Below the pieces are notes generated by a model. It worked only from the letters and a program-made list of their open reading frames with translations, was not told where the DNA came from and did not search any database. Shown here piece by piece: positions 1-7,158 of a stretch of 52,450 nt of DNA. Every line of letters begins with the position of its first letter. Positions within the stretch are counted from its first letter, which is position 1. The position numbers were made by a program, and so were the translations under genes. This DNA is from Candidatus Omnitrophota bacterium (lineage in GTDB: Bacteria > Omnitrophota > Gorgyraeia > Gygaellales > Profunditerraquicolaceae). The stretch covers positions 1-52,450 of the forward strand of contig JAHJJA010000018.1 in NCBI GenBank assembly GCA_018822885.1. Reading direction: 5' to 3'.

Positions 1-255
1 CTGCTCATAAGTAGAACCGCGCAAAGATAGATCCTGCTGGACGCCGATGGGCCCGCGCTGGCGCAGATCCACCCCGCCGCTATCGCTCAAAGCATCAACC
101 AGAGAATTCTCGCGCTCGATCTGGCCCTGTGTGACCACGCCAAGCGAATAATCCCCTTCTGGCGTCACCACGATTCTATCCAGCTCCAGCGGCTCCGAAG
201 CAACAGATAAGCCGGACATTAATAGAAACAAAATAAACGGTAATAATCTACGCAT
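1..255 (-). CDS. TonB-dependent receptor, N-terminal fragment (signal peptide plus start of plug domain); gene continues beyond the left edge
   Basis: Absent from the ORF track because it is truncated. Hand translation from the ATG at 255..253 gives MRRLLPFILFLLMSGLSVASEPLELDRIVVTPEGDYSLGVVTQGQIERENSLVDALSDSGGVDLRQRGPIGVQQDLSLRGSTYEQ. This is a hydrophobic signal peptide followed by the LDxIVVT ... GVDL ... SLRG pattern of TonB-dependent receptor plugs. Confidence 0.7.
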   Translation of the reverse strand, partial: MRRLLPFILFLLMSGLSVASEPLELDRIVVTPEGDYSLGVVTQGQIERENSLVDALSDSGGVDLRQRGPIGVQQDLSLRGSTYEQ

Positions 256-265
256 ATCTTTCTAA

Positions 266-446
266 GGCTTTATGTCTTTGCTTTCGGCACAAGAAATTTT
301 TGCCGTCTGCTTCGGTTTATGGCTCGTTCTCGGATAGCCTCTCCCAACACTGGGGACCTTCACTCGCCATAATCCCTCGCAGACCTATTTCTAACACTGA
401 CGATGGCAAAAAATTTCTAATGTGCCTTAAGCAAAAACATAAAGTC
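266..446. repeat. Fold-back repeat family 1, copy A (second copy at 34723-34896)
   Basis: Aligns almost base for base with 34723-34896. The whole unit is an imperfect hairpin (outer stem 266-290/422-446; GTCTGC 305-310 / GCAGAC 379-384; 317-323/366-372). Two stem positions show compensatory changes between the copies. Confidence 0.8.
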
Positions 447-459
447 TTTAATAGCTGTT

Positions 460-752
460 CCTTAAATGCCTCTGTCTGTATTTCGAGCGAATATCTATTT
501 TAGCCAACCCTTCGATTACTCTCAGGGTTGGTGCCGAGCGCAGTCGAGGCACCAATGAGCTTGAGTGAGCGAGGGTATCCTTGACACAAATAGTGTCAAG
601 GACGGCGAGGATGTTTGAGCCCCGAGGCAGGGGCCGAGGGGCGAGTTCCGCAGCCGCCGAGCTCACGAAAGATCATTGGCGTGCCCCTGGACAAAGACTT
701 TCGGAGGGGCAAAATAGATCTGAGCGAGAAATATAGGCAGAGGCATTTAAGG
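460..752. repeat. 46-bp inverted-repeat arms (460-505 and 708-752) enclosing a GC-rich 202-bp multi-hairpin core; candidate structured RNA or MITE-like insertion
   Basis: Arm ccttaaatgcctctgtctgtatttcGAGCGAatatctattttagcc faces ggcaaaatagatctGAGCGAgaaatataggcagaggcatttaagg. The core contains at least five local hairpins (506-529, 529-552, 577-602, 618-634, 682-709). Confidence 0.7.
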
Positions 753-758
753 GGATAG

Positions 759-796
759 AAAACAAAAATCCCGGTGCTTATTATAAGGCTACCGGG
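759..796 (-). terminator. Intrinsic terminator after birA; usable in both directions
   Basis: Minus strand reads CCCGGU-15 nt-ACCGGG followed by AUUUUUGUUUU. Plus strand reads the same stem followed by UUUAUUGU. Confidence 0.65.
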
Positions 797-807
797 TTTA
801 TTGTCAA
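780..807 (-). promoter_or_regulatory. Candidate sigma-70 promoter reading toward the TonB-dependent receptor gene
   Basis: Minus strand has TTGACA (807..802), a 16-nt spacer, then TATAAT (785..780). It is embedded in the loop of the birA terminator. Confidence 0.4.
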
Positions 808-832
808 CTGAAATAACTATGCTGGTTGACTG

Positions 833-1792
833 TTACCTGCAGTGCATTACGTCCCCTGCCATTACTTTTTCCGTTACGCCTGAATCCTTTCTCACCAGGA
901 GCCCGCCGTCATTATCGATATCTACCGCCTCCCCCTCTATATGCTCTTTCTGGCAATAGACCTTCACCCTCTTGCCTATAGTTATACCGTGTTCACGCCA
1001 TTTCTCGATTATCGGATGTGCGCCCTTCTTTTGGAACAGAAGATAATTATCTTCTATCTTACGCAACAGCTCCTGGAGCAAAACAACGCGGCTGGAATTT
1101 TCCTTTCTTATTTCTTTTATTGAAGTCGCTCCGGAAATCAGGGATTTTTTCTCGTTATTGACATTTAAGCCGATGCCGATGACTAAGAAACTGACCCTAT
1201 CCATCTCAGCGCTTAATTCAGTCAATATCCCTCCAAGCTTCTTATTGTTTATCAGGATATCATTCGGCCATTTTATCTGAATTTCAAGTCCAGTTGCGTT
1301 CTTTATCGCTTCGCAAACGCTTACCGCTGCCAAGAGCGTCAATACAGAAGCCTGTGAGGGCAGGATCTTTGGCCTTAAGATAAGTGATAAATAGATCCCC
1401 TTATGCTTCGGAGAAAACCATGACCTTCCAAGCCGGCCCTTTCCCCTCGTCTGAAGTTCAGCTAATACAATAGCCCCTTCAGGAGCGCCCTTTAAACCCA
1501 GCTCCATGGCCTGCTCCATGGTAGAAGCGATACTTTCAAAATAATAGATCTTTTTACCGATTATCTGCGTATTTAATCCGCGCGAGACCTCGTATTCAAA
1601 CAGCCTGTCGGGAAGAGAATTTAGCTTATACCCCAGATGAGGAACCGCAATTATATCATAACCGGATTCCTTAAGCTCCTGGATATGCTTCCATAGGGCC
1701 TGGCGGCTGATTTTCAGGCGCTCGCTGATCTCCTCGCCGGAAACATAATCCTCATTTTTCTTAAGGAAATCTACTATTTTTTCCTGCAGCAT
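833..1792 (-). CDS. birA: Bifunctional biotin-[acetyl-CoA-carboxylase] ligase / biotin operon repressor
   Basis: 319 aa. N-terminal HTH (ISERLKISRQALWKHIQELKESGY), biotin-ligase GRGRxGRxW-like motif (TRGKGRLGRSWFSP) and KWPND motif. Confidence 0.9.
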   Translation of the reverse strand: MLQEKIVDFLKKNEDYVSGEEISERLKISRQALWKHIQELKESGYDIIAVPHLGYKLNSLPDRLFEYEVSRGLNTQIIGKKIYYFESIASTMEQAMELGLKGAPEGAIVLAELQTRGKGRLGRSWFSPKHKGIYLSLILRPKILPSQASVLTLLAAVSVCEAIKNATGLEIQIKWPNDILINNKKLGGILTELSAEMDRVSFLVIGIGLNVNNEKKSLISGATSIKEIRKENSSRVVLLQELLRKIEDNYLLFQKKGAHPIIEKWREHGITIGKRVKVYCQKEHIEGEAVDIDNDGGLLVRKDSGVTEKVMAGDVMHCR

Positions 1793-2955
1793 TATTTCTT
1801 CTCGTAAAGAGGTGACATCGCTCGAAGGCGTTGGACAACTTTTGGCAGGTTTTCAAGAAAATAATCCACTTCCTCCTCTTTTGTCCATCTACCCAAAGTG
1901 ACCCGAAGAGAACCATGGGCAATCTCATGGGGCAGGCCTATCGCAAGCAATACGTGCGAAGGTTCTAAAGATGTAGATGTGCAGGCAGAGCCGGTAGAAC
2001 AGGCAATACCCAGCATATCCAGGCTCAAAAGCATGGATTCTCCCTCAATAAATTTGATGGAGACATTCGCGTTATTAGGAAGGCGTTTAGTAGTGTGGCC
2101 GTTTAAGCGGACATCCGGGATCTTATTAAGTATCTCTTTTATGATTTTATCGCGTAAAACAATCTGGAATTTTACCTCGTTTTCCATCTTCGCCTTGCAT
2201 AACTGGACTGCCTTACCCAATCCAACTATACCCGGAGTATTATATGTAGAGGCACGCCTGCCCTTTTCCTGGTCTCCCCCGTGTATAAGGCTTTCAATGC
2301 GTGTGCCTTTACGAACATACAACGCGCCTACTCCTTTTGGGCCGTAGAATTTGTGCGCCGATAAAGATAACAGATCGGCATTAAGCTCATTTACATTTAC
2401 AGGAATATGTCCGACTGTCTGCACAGCGTCAGTATGAAAACAAATGCCTTTTTCTTTTGCGATCGAGCCGATTTCAGAGACCGGCTGTATCGTGCCGATC
2501 TCGTTATTGGCATGCATCACAGAGATCAAAATCGTTTTATCAGTGATCGCCTTTTTGATCTCGTCAGGAGAAACTAATCCATCTTTATCAACCCCGACAA
2601 AAGTAGTCTTAAAACCATGTTTCTCTAAAAATTTGCATGGCTCGGTCACGGCATGATGCTCAATTGCAGTAGTAACAATATGGTCACCCTTATCTTGCAT
2701 CGCAAACGCAACTCCTTTAATAGCCTGATTATCAGCCTCCGTGCCTCCGGAAGTAAAGATGATTTCTTCTGGCCTGGCGCCGATAAACTCGGCAAGCATC
2801 TGGCGCGCGTCCTCAATGCCTTTCTTGGCTTCCTGGCCGAAAGAATGAATACTTGAAGCATTGCCGAATTTCTCGAACAAATACGGCTCCATCGCCTTTG
2901 TCACTTCCGGGTCAGTAGGGGCAGTGGCGGCATAATCTAAATACACTCTATTCAT
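1792..2955 (-). CDS. nifS: Cysteine desulfurase, NifS/IscS family (class V aminotransferase)
   Basis: 387 aa. SAHKFYGPKG PLP-lysine motif and the GSACTS catalytic cysteine loop. Its stop overlaps the birA start (TAATG). Confidence 0.9.
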   Translation of the reverse strand: MNRVYLDYAATAPTDPEVTKAMEPYLFEKFGNASSIHSFGQEAKKGIEDARQMLAEFIGARPEEIIFTSGGTEADNQAIKGVAFAMQDKGDHIVTTAIEHHAVTEPCKFLEKHGFKTTFVGVDKDGLVSPDEIKKAITDKTILISVMHANNEIGTIQPVSEIGSIAKEKGICFHTDAVQTVGHIPVNVNELNADLLSLSAHKFYGPKGVGALYVRKGTRIESLIHGGDQEKGRRASTYNTPGIVGLGKAVQLCKAKMENEVKFQIVLRDKIIKEILNKIPDVRLNGHTTKRLPNNANVSIKFIEGESMLLSLDMLGIACSTGSACTSTSLEPSHVLLAIGLPHEIAHGSLRVTLGRWTKEEEVDYFLENLPKVVQRLRAMSPLYEKK

Positions 2956-3754
2956 TTTTCACCTCATTCATGCTTCCCGTGCGATATCCCTCCAAATCCA
3001 AAGTTATATAATTATAACCTAATCTTTTTAGTTTGTCGATTACCTGATTGCGCTTTTTTAATAAACGCGGTAAATCATCCTTTAATACTTCGATCCTGCA
3101 TAAGCCGTTGTAATGGCGCAATCTCACCTGATTAAAACCAATTTGCCTTAGATAAACCTCTGCCTGATTAATGCGGTCAAGAAGTTTAGGCGTGATCTTG
3201 GTGCCATAGGGAATTCTTGAGGCGAGACAAGCCAAACTTGGCTTGTCCCAAGTCTTAAGCCCTAATTTTCTGCTCGCCTTGCGGATATCCTCTTTGCTTA
3301 ACCCGGCTTCAACAAGAGGGGACCTGACCCCGAGTCCTTGTTTTGCCCTATTTCCCGGACGAAAGTCTAATTTGTCTGAAACATTACTGGCATCACAAAC
3401 AAAATTTAGTTTGAATTCTTTGGCGATTTTCTTTAGCTGACTAAAAAGTTCTTTCTTGCAATAATAACAGCGGTTGATCGGATTAAAAGTAAAATAGCTA
3501 CTTTCTAATTCTTTAGTTTGAATTATTTTATGTCTTATCCCGAGCTCCTTTGCCATTCTTTTAGCGAAGAGAAGCTCCTCTTTAGGATAAGTAGCTGAAT
3601 TTGCGCTGACAGCTAGGATTTTATCTTTCGGCAGGGCTAAAGAAGCAGCCTTTAACAAAAAGGTGCTGTCAACCCCCCCTGAATAAGCTATCAGACAAGA
3701 TCCATAACCAGAGATTATCTTTTTTAGTTTCTTAAACTTGTAAGTTGAATTCAT
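2948..3754 (-). CDS. PP-loop ATP pyrophosphatase, LarE-like sulfur transferase family (TIGR00268/COG1606 type)
   Basis: SGGVDST PP-loop and CYYCK motif. I moved the start to the internal ATG at 3754 (MNSTYKFKKLKK...) because the upstream part of the tracked ORF lies in repeat family 2, which is non-coding at its other loci. Confidence 0.75.
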   Translation of the reverse strand: MNSTYKFKKLKKIISGYGSCLIAYSGGVDSTFLLKAASLALPKDKILAVSANSATYPKEELLFAKRMAKELGIRHKIIQTKELESSYFTFNPINRCYYCKKELFSQLKKIAKEFKLNFVCDASNVSDKLDFRPGNRAKQGLGVRSPLVEAGLSKEDIRKASRKLGLKTWDKPSLACLASRIPYGTKITPKLLDRINQAEVYLRQIGFNQVRLRHYNGLCRIEVLKDDLPRLLKKRNQVIDKLKRLGYNYITLDLEGYRTGSMNEVKNE

Positions 3755-3761
3755 GGACCTT

Positions 3762-3871
3762 ATCCCTCGCGTAATCACTTGTACTTTTCTTCGAAAAGTA
3801 CTGCGTACGCTCGGGATTAATTCGGCCATACACTTTATGTCGCCCATCTGAGGGCTCCATAAAGTGTGGCC
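3762..3871 (-). repeat. Bipartite hairpin element family 2, copy X (other copies at 17405-17520 and 30648-30748)
   Basis: Hairpin A at 3824-3871 (minus strand: GGCCACACUUUAUG-GAGCCCUCAGAUGGGCGA-CAUAAAGUGUAUGGCC). Hairpin B at 3762-3817 (AUCCC-GA-GCGUA ... UACGC-GA-GGGAU enclosing GUACUUUU/AAAAGUAC). Confidence 0.8.
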
Positions 3872-3874
3872 TCA

Positions 3875-4285
3875 TTAAAAATGTACTTCCATAGCGCGCG
3901 GCGGGCAGACCTTTACGCAGAGCTCGCAGGCAATACACTTATCATTCTTAAAGATTATCTTACGGCTACCCTCTTCTACAAAAAGGGCTCCCGTAGGACA
4001 GACCGGTACACAGGCCCCGCAATGGGTGCACTTCTCTTCATTACGCACCACATCCCTGCTTAAAGGCTGGATCTTGATCCCGCAGGATTCTAAATATTGA
4101 ACCCCTGAATCGTAATTCTCTTTTTTTCCGCTTAACTCTAAGACCATCAATCCCTCTTCTTCTGGGGTGATCGAAGCCTTCAGGATATTAAACTGCAAGT
4201 CAAAATCCTTGACCAGTTTATAAACGATGGGTTGGTCAACCAATCGCGGCGGAAAATGCAAGACTATCTTCTTCTTAGAGACCAT
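3875..4285 (-). CDS. NIL-domain / 2x[4Fe-4S] ferredoxin protein (partner of the DUF39 homocysteine biosynthesis protein)
   Basis: 136 aa. N-terminal NIL-like domain followed by CTHCGACVPVCP and CIACELCVKVCP cluster motifs. It lies directly downstream of the DUF39 gene. Confidence 0.75.
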   Translation of the reverse strand: MVSKKKIVLHFPPRLVDQPIVYKLVKDFDLQFNILKASITPEEEGLMVLELSGKKENYDSGVQYLESCGIKIQPLSRDVVRNEEKCTHCGACVPVCPTGALFVEEGSRKIIFKNDKCIACELCVKVCPPRAMEVHF

Positions 4286-4287
4286 AA

Positions 4288-5499
4288 TTACTCCTGGCTA
4301 ATTGAAGGGCTTTCCTTCAAGGGTTTAAAAGAATATCCTGACTCTGCCCCCGGCAAGGCCGCTACAGCTTCAGTAAGGTCAAAATCTCCTTTTTCGATCC
4401 AGCTTTTTAACTGCTCGGCGATTTCGCGCGCCTTGGAATAACTCGACAGGCTTCCGGTAGGCACATCCTTACCTTTAACCGTTATCTTTCCGGATTTTAA
4501 CTGCGCGTAATTCACTTCACAAATACTACCGGGGACGACTTGAGGATACGCCTCGCTATAATCTACTACCTGGGCATAAATGTCCTCATCTTTGGCTGCC
4601 GTATATTTAAGGATCTCCTCGCTAAGCACCGGTATAGGGATTCCGATTCCCACAATAAGAGTCACTCCGTAACCAAGCATACTACAGCCGATGAGCCACT
4701 CCTGCTTCATCTGCTTTAAGTCCCCTATGACCGCAAGGGTACCGGCCGGGGCTTGAGGGATGCCGTTCTCTTTTCTTTTTACCGTAGGATTATGCTGCGT
4801 CCCTTGCCAGGCGACATAACCTATGCCACCGCCTAAGAATATCTTTGTCCCAACACCGATAGTCTTATAGTAAGGATCTTTTAAAAGCGGAGAGAGTTGA
4901 CCCGCAGAACAGTAATTAGCATTACCCAGATTCGGCTTAAGCATACCCATATAGGTATAAATCGGCTTATCTGATAAATTCACTGCCACATTGTAATTCT
5001 GGTAGCAATTACGGATATTGAACAACACCGCTTCATTCATATCTTTTAAATTTATACTGGTAGACAATTTCTTGCGCGGATAACAATCCGTGCCGTAAGC
5101 GCTGGCCTCAAGGTGGACATTTTTCCCGGAGACAAGATCATGGATGACATGGCTGCCGCCGTACTTGAACTCACCCGGATAGATCTTATTACGCGGGTCG
5201 TCATCAGGAATCGCGGTCGCGCCCAAATAAATATCCACAGCGGCAAAACCGGTGTAGCAAGGGACTTCGTTTAATTTGCAGGTCCCTGCGCCAATCTTTA
5301 TCCTTGGTTTTGAGTGGCCGATATTAAAATAGGCGCCGCTTGAACACATAGGGCCAAAGGTACCGGTAGTAACCACATCCACTTCTTCGGACGCCTTCTT
5401 TGTGCCTTTTTTAGCCACCAGGTCGATCACTTCTTCAGCGGTGACAACAACGGCCTCGCCTTTTTTTATCTTTTCGTTTATTTCTTTAATAGTTTTCAT
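4288..5499 (-). CDS. Homocysteine biosynthesis protein, DUF39/COG1900 family
   Basis: About 403 aa, starting MKTIKEINEKIKKGEAVVVTAEEV..., typical of DUF39 proteins. I prefer the ATG at 5499 (GGAG 9 nt upstream) over the GTG at 5505. Confidence 0.75.
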   Translation of the reverse strand: MKTIKEINEKIKKGEAVVVTAEEVIDLVAKKGTKKASEEVDVVTTGTFGPMCSSGAYFNIGHSKPRIKIGAGTCKLNEVPCYTGFAAVDIYLGATAIPDDDPRNKIYPGEFKYGGSHVIHDLVSGKNVHLEASAYGTDCYPRKKLSTSINLKDMNEAVLFNIRNCYQNYNVAVNLSDKPIYTYMGMLKPNLGNANYCSAGQLSPLLKDPYYKTIGVGTKIFLGGGIGYVAWQGTQHNPTVKRKENGIPQAPAGTLAVIGDLKQMKQEWLIGCSMLGYGVTLIVGIGIPIPVLSEEILKYTAAKDEDIYAQVVDYSEAYPQVVPGSICEVNYAQLKSGKITVKGKDVPTGSLSSYSKAREIAEQLKSWIEKGDFDLTEAVAALPGAESGYSFKPLKESPSISQE

Positions 5500-5516
5500 T
5501 ACCACAGTCTCCAGTC

Positions 5517-5738
5517 TTAGATTGAAACTACTTCCTTGACTTCAGGAACTTCCTCTTTTAATATTCTTTCGATGCCGTTTTTTAAGGTCATCTGAGACAT
5601 AGGACAACACCCGCAGCTGCCGGTGAGCTTAAGCCTGACCACGCCATCATCCGAGACCTCGATCAATTCAACATTGCCTCCGTCAGCCTGAAGCATAGGA
5701 CGGATCTTCTCTAAGGCCTTTTCTATTCTATCTCTCAT
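5517..5738 (-). CDS. NifU C-terminal-domain-like Fe-S cluster assembly protein
   Basis: 73 aa with the CxxC motif (GSCGCCPMS) in the NifU/Nfu fold pattern. Confidence 0.8.
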   Translation of the reverse strand: MRDRIEKALEKIRPMLQADGGNVELIEVSDDGVVRLKLTGSCGCCPMSQMTLKNGIERILKEEVPEVKEVVSI

Positions 5739-6673
5739 TCTTCCTCCTGCTCATTGAACAGGCCAGCGCTTAGATAGCGCTCGCCCGTATCGGGTAAGAT
5801 CACAACCACCATTTTCCCTTTATTCTCCTTACGCCCTGCCACTTCCAATGCCGCGAATACCGCCGCGCCGGAAGAAATACCGGCAAGAATACCCTCTTCT
5901 TTAGCAAGCCTTCTTGAGGTATTTATTGCGTCATCATTGGAAACCTGGATTATCTCATCAATAATCTTCCTGTTCACGACTTCCGGGACAAAACCGGCTC
6001 CGATCCCCTGGATCTTATGCGCCCCCGGGCTCCCCCCGGATAATACCGGAGAATCCTTAGGCTCAACTGCTATGACCTTAAGAGAAGGCTTATTTTTCTT
6101 AAGCGCCTCTGCCGTACCGGTGATCGTGCCCCCGGTCCCCACTCCGGCTACCAATATATCAACTTTTCCGGATGTATCAAGCCATATTTCTTTGGCCGTT
6201 GTCCTTCGGTGCACCGCCGGATTTGCGGGATTCTTAAACTGCTGCGGCATAAAAAAGCGCTTATCACTTTTGACCAGCTCCTCGGCTTTTCTAACGGCTC
6301 CAGACATACCCTCGGAACCGGGAGTCAAAATGATCTTTGCGCCAAAAGCAGATAAAAGCTGCCTGCGTTCAAGGCTCATTGTTTCCGGCATAGTCAAGAT
6401 CAATTTATATCCTTTTACCGCGCAGACAAAAGCCAGGGCAATACCGGTATTTCCGGAGGTCGGCTCGATTATAACCGTATTCTTATTTATGCTACCGTTT
6501 TTCTCTGCCTCTTCGATCATGCTAAGGCCGATCCTGTCTTTTACAGAAGAGCAGGGATTAAAAAACTCTAATTTGCAGATAACGCTCGCTACGCTTCGGC
6601 TTGTAAGCTTATTTAATCTTACTAACGGAGTCGAACCAATCAATTCCGTGATATCTCCGGCTATTTTATGCAT
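5735..6673 (-). CDS. cysK: Cysteine synthase A (O-acetylserine sulfhydrylase)
   Basis: 312 aa. Shows SVKDR PLP-lysine motif, TSGNTG and GTGGT motifs. Confidence 0.9.
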   Translation of the reverse strand: MHKIAGDITELIGSTPLVRLNKLTSRSVASVICKLEFFNPCSSVKDRIGLSMIEEAEKNGSINKNTVIIEPTSGNTGIALAFVCAVKGYKLILTMPETMSLERRQLLSAFGAKIILTPGSEGMSGAVRKAEELVKSDKRFFMPQQFKNPANPAVHRRTTAKEIWLDTSGKVDILVAGVGTGGTITGTAEALKKNKPSLKVIAVEPKDSPVLSGGSPGAHKIQGIGAGFVPEVVNRKIIDEIIQVSNDDAINTSRRLAKEEGILAGISSGAAVFAALEVAGRKENKGKMVVVILPDTGERYLSAGLFNEQEEE

Positions 6674-6686
6674 AAGATTACTCCTC

Positions 6687-7127
6687 TTAAATCTGATAGG
6701 TTATAGAAGAACCAATCTTGTCAGCTTTTTTAACCAATTCTTCAAAGGTTATATTGTCTATTATCTTTGAAATGCTGTTGGCAACCTGTTGCCAAATACC
6801 CCTGAAAAAGCAAACCTTGATGTCATTACAACCCACATAGCCTCTCCTAAGACAGGCAATCGGTTCAATGGGGCCGTCAATAAACCTTACTACGTCTCCT
6901 AACTTTATTTGCGAAGGAGGCCGCGACAAACGATACCCTCCGATCTTACCGCGCTTACTTTGCACAAATCCACCCCTCTTTAATTCAAGCAGGATCTGCT
7001 CTGAAAATTTTACGGGGATATCCGCCCTTTTGGCAATATCCCGGATGTTGACGGGGGTGTTACTGAAATGCCTGGCTAGATCCAATATTATCTTTAAGGC
7101 GTAATCGCCTTTATATGTTATACGCAT
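6687..7127 (-). CDS. Rrf2-family transcriptional regulator (IscR/CymR-like)
   Basis: Start moved to the internal ATG at 7127 ([20 protein letters not shown]...), the canonical Rrf2 N-terminus. AGGAG lies upstream. Cysteines at C..C-C spacing in the C-terminal half. Confidence 0.8.
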   Translation of the reverse strand: MRITYKGDYALKIILDLARHFSNTPVNIRDIAKRADIPVKFSEQILLELKRGGFVQSKRGKIGGYRLSRPPSQIKLGDVVRFIDGPIEPIACLRRGYVGCNDIKVCFFRGIWQQVANSISKIIDNITFEELVKKADKIGSSITYQI

Positions 7128-7158
7128 GTTTCTCCTATAATGTCTATTAACATAGTAG

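Noticed and set aside
300-503. ORFs 300-503 (+) and 34733-34930 (+) encode similar peptides (…SASVYGSFSDSLSQHWGP…), which could suggest a conserved small protein.
   Set aside because: The similarity comes from reading through repeat family 1. Differences between the copies preserve base pairing and not codons. There is no RBS, and the similarity ends with the repeat.
506-707. GC-rich core as an SRP RNA, RNase P RNA, tmRNA or 6S RNA gene.
   Set aside because: There is no GGAA-tetraloop SRP helix-8 motif (only a loose CAGG..CC-GAGG-GG..GCAGCC resemblance), no GAGGAAAGUCC RNase P motif and no tRNA-like ends. Size and architecture fit none of them by eye.
460-752. Invertible promoter (inverton) flanked by the 46-bp inverted repeats.
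   Set aside because: The only non-complementary block (GAGCGA) is in direct orientation in both arms, so the putative crossover cores would not be homologous after alignment in inverted orientation. No recombinase gene is nearby, and I see no convincing promoter inside the core.
256-832. Cobalamin, TPP or other riboswitch in the leader of the TonB-dependent receptor gene.
   Set aside because: I could not find a B12 box (GCCACUG-type), the TPP ACCUGAUCUGG...CCAGCG core or any other consensus on either strand. A CUGAGA at about 515-525 (minus strand) lacks the remaining TPP elements. One of the constituent repeats also occurs in an unrelated context.
3732-3938. ORF 3732-3938 (-) and N-terminal extensions of tracked ORFs (LarE-like to 3847, Rrf2 to 7298, metK to 22411, tsf to 29768, lpxB from 33482, pyrG to 45197, gdhA to 49953).
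   Set aside because: The extensions run into neighbouring genes, repeats or leaders. Internal ATGs give canonical family N-termini and have proper RBS spacing.
5937-6770. Long antisense ORFs: 5937-6770 (+), 16560-17129 (+), 24252-24848 (+), 48487-49251 (+) and the many 60-150-aa ORFs opposite strong genes.
   Set aside because: Each lies entirely opposite a gene with unmistakable family motifs (cysK, ilvD, ptsI, gdhA). Their translations are low-complexity Ser/Pro/Leu-rich, with no RBS. These are typical shadow ORFs.
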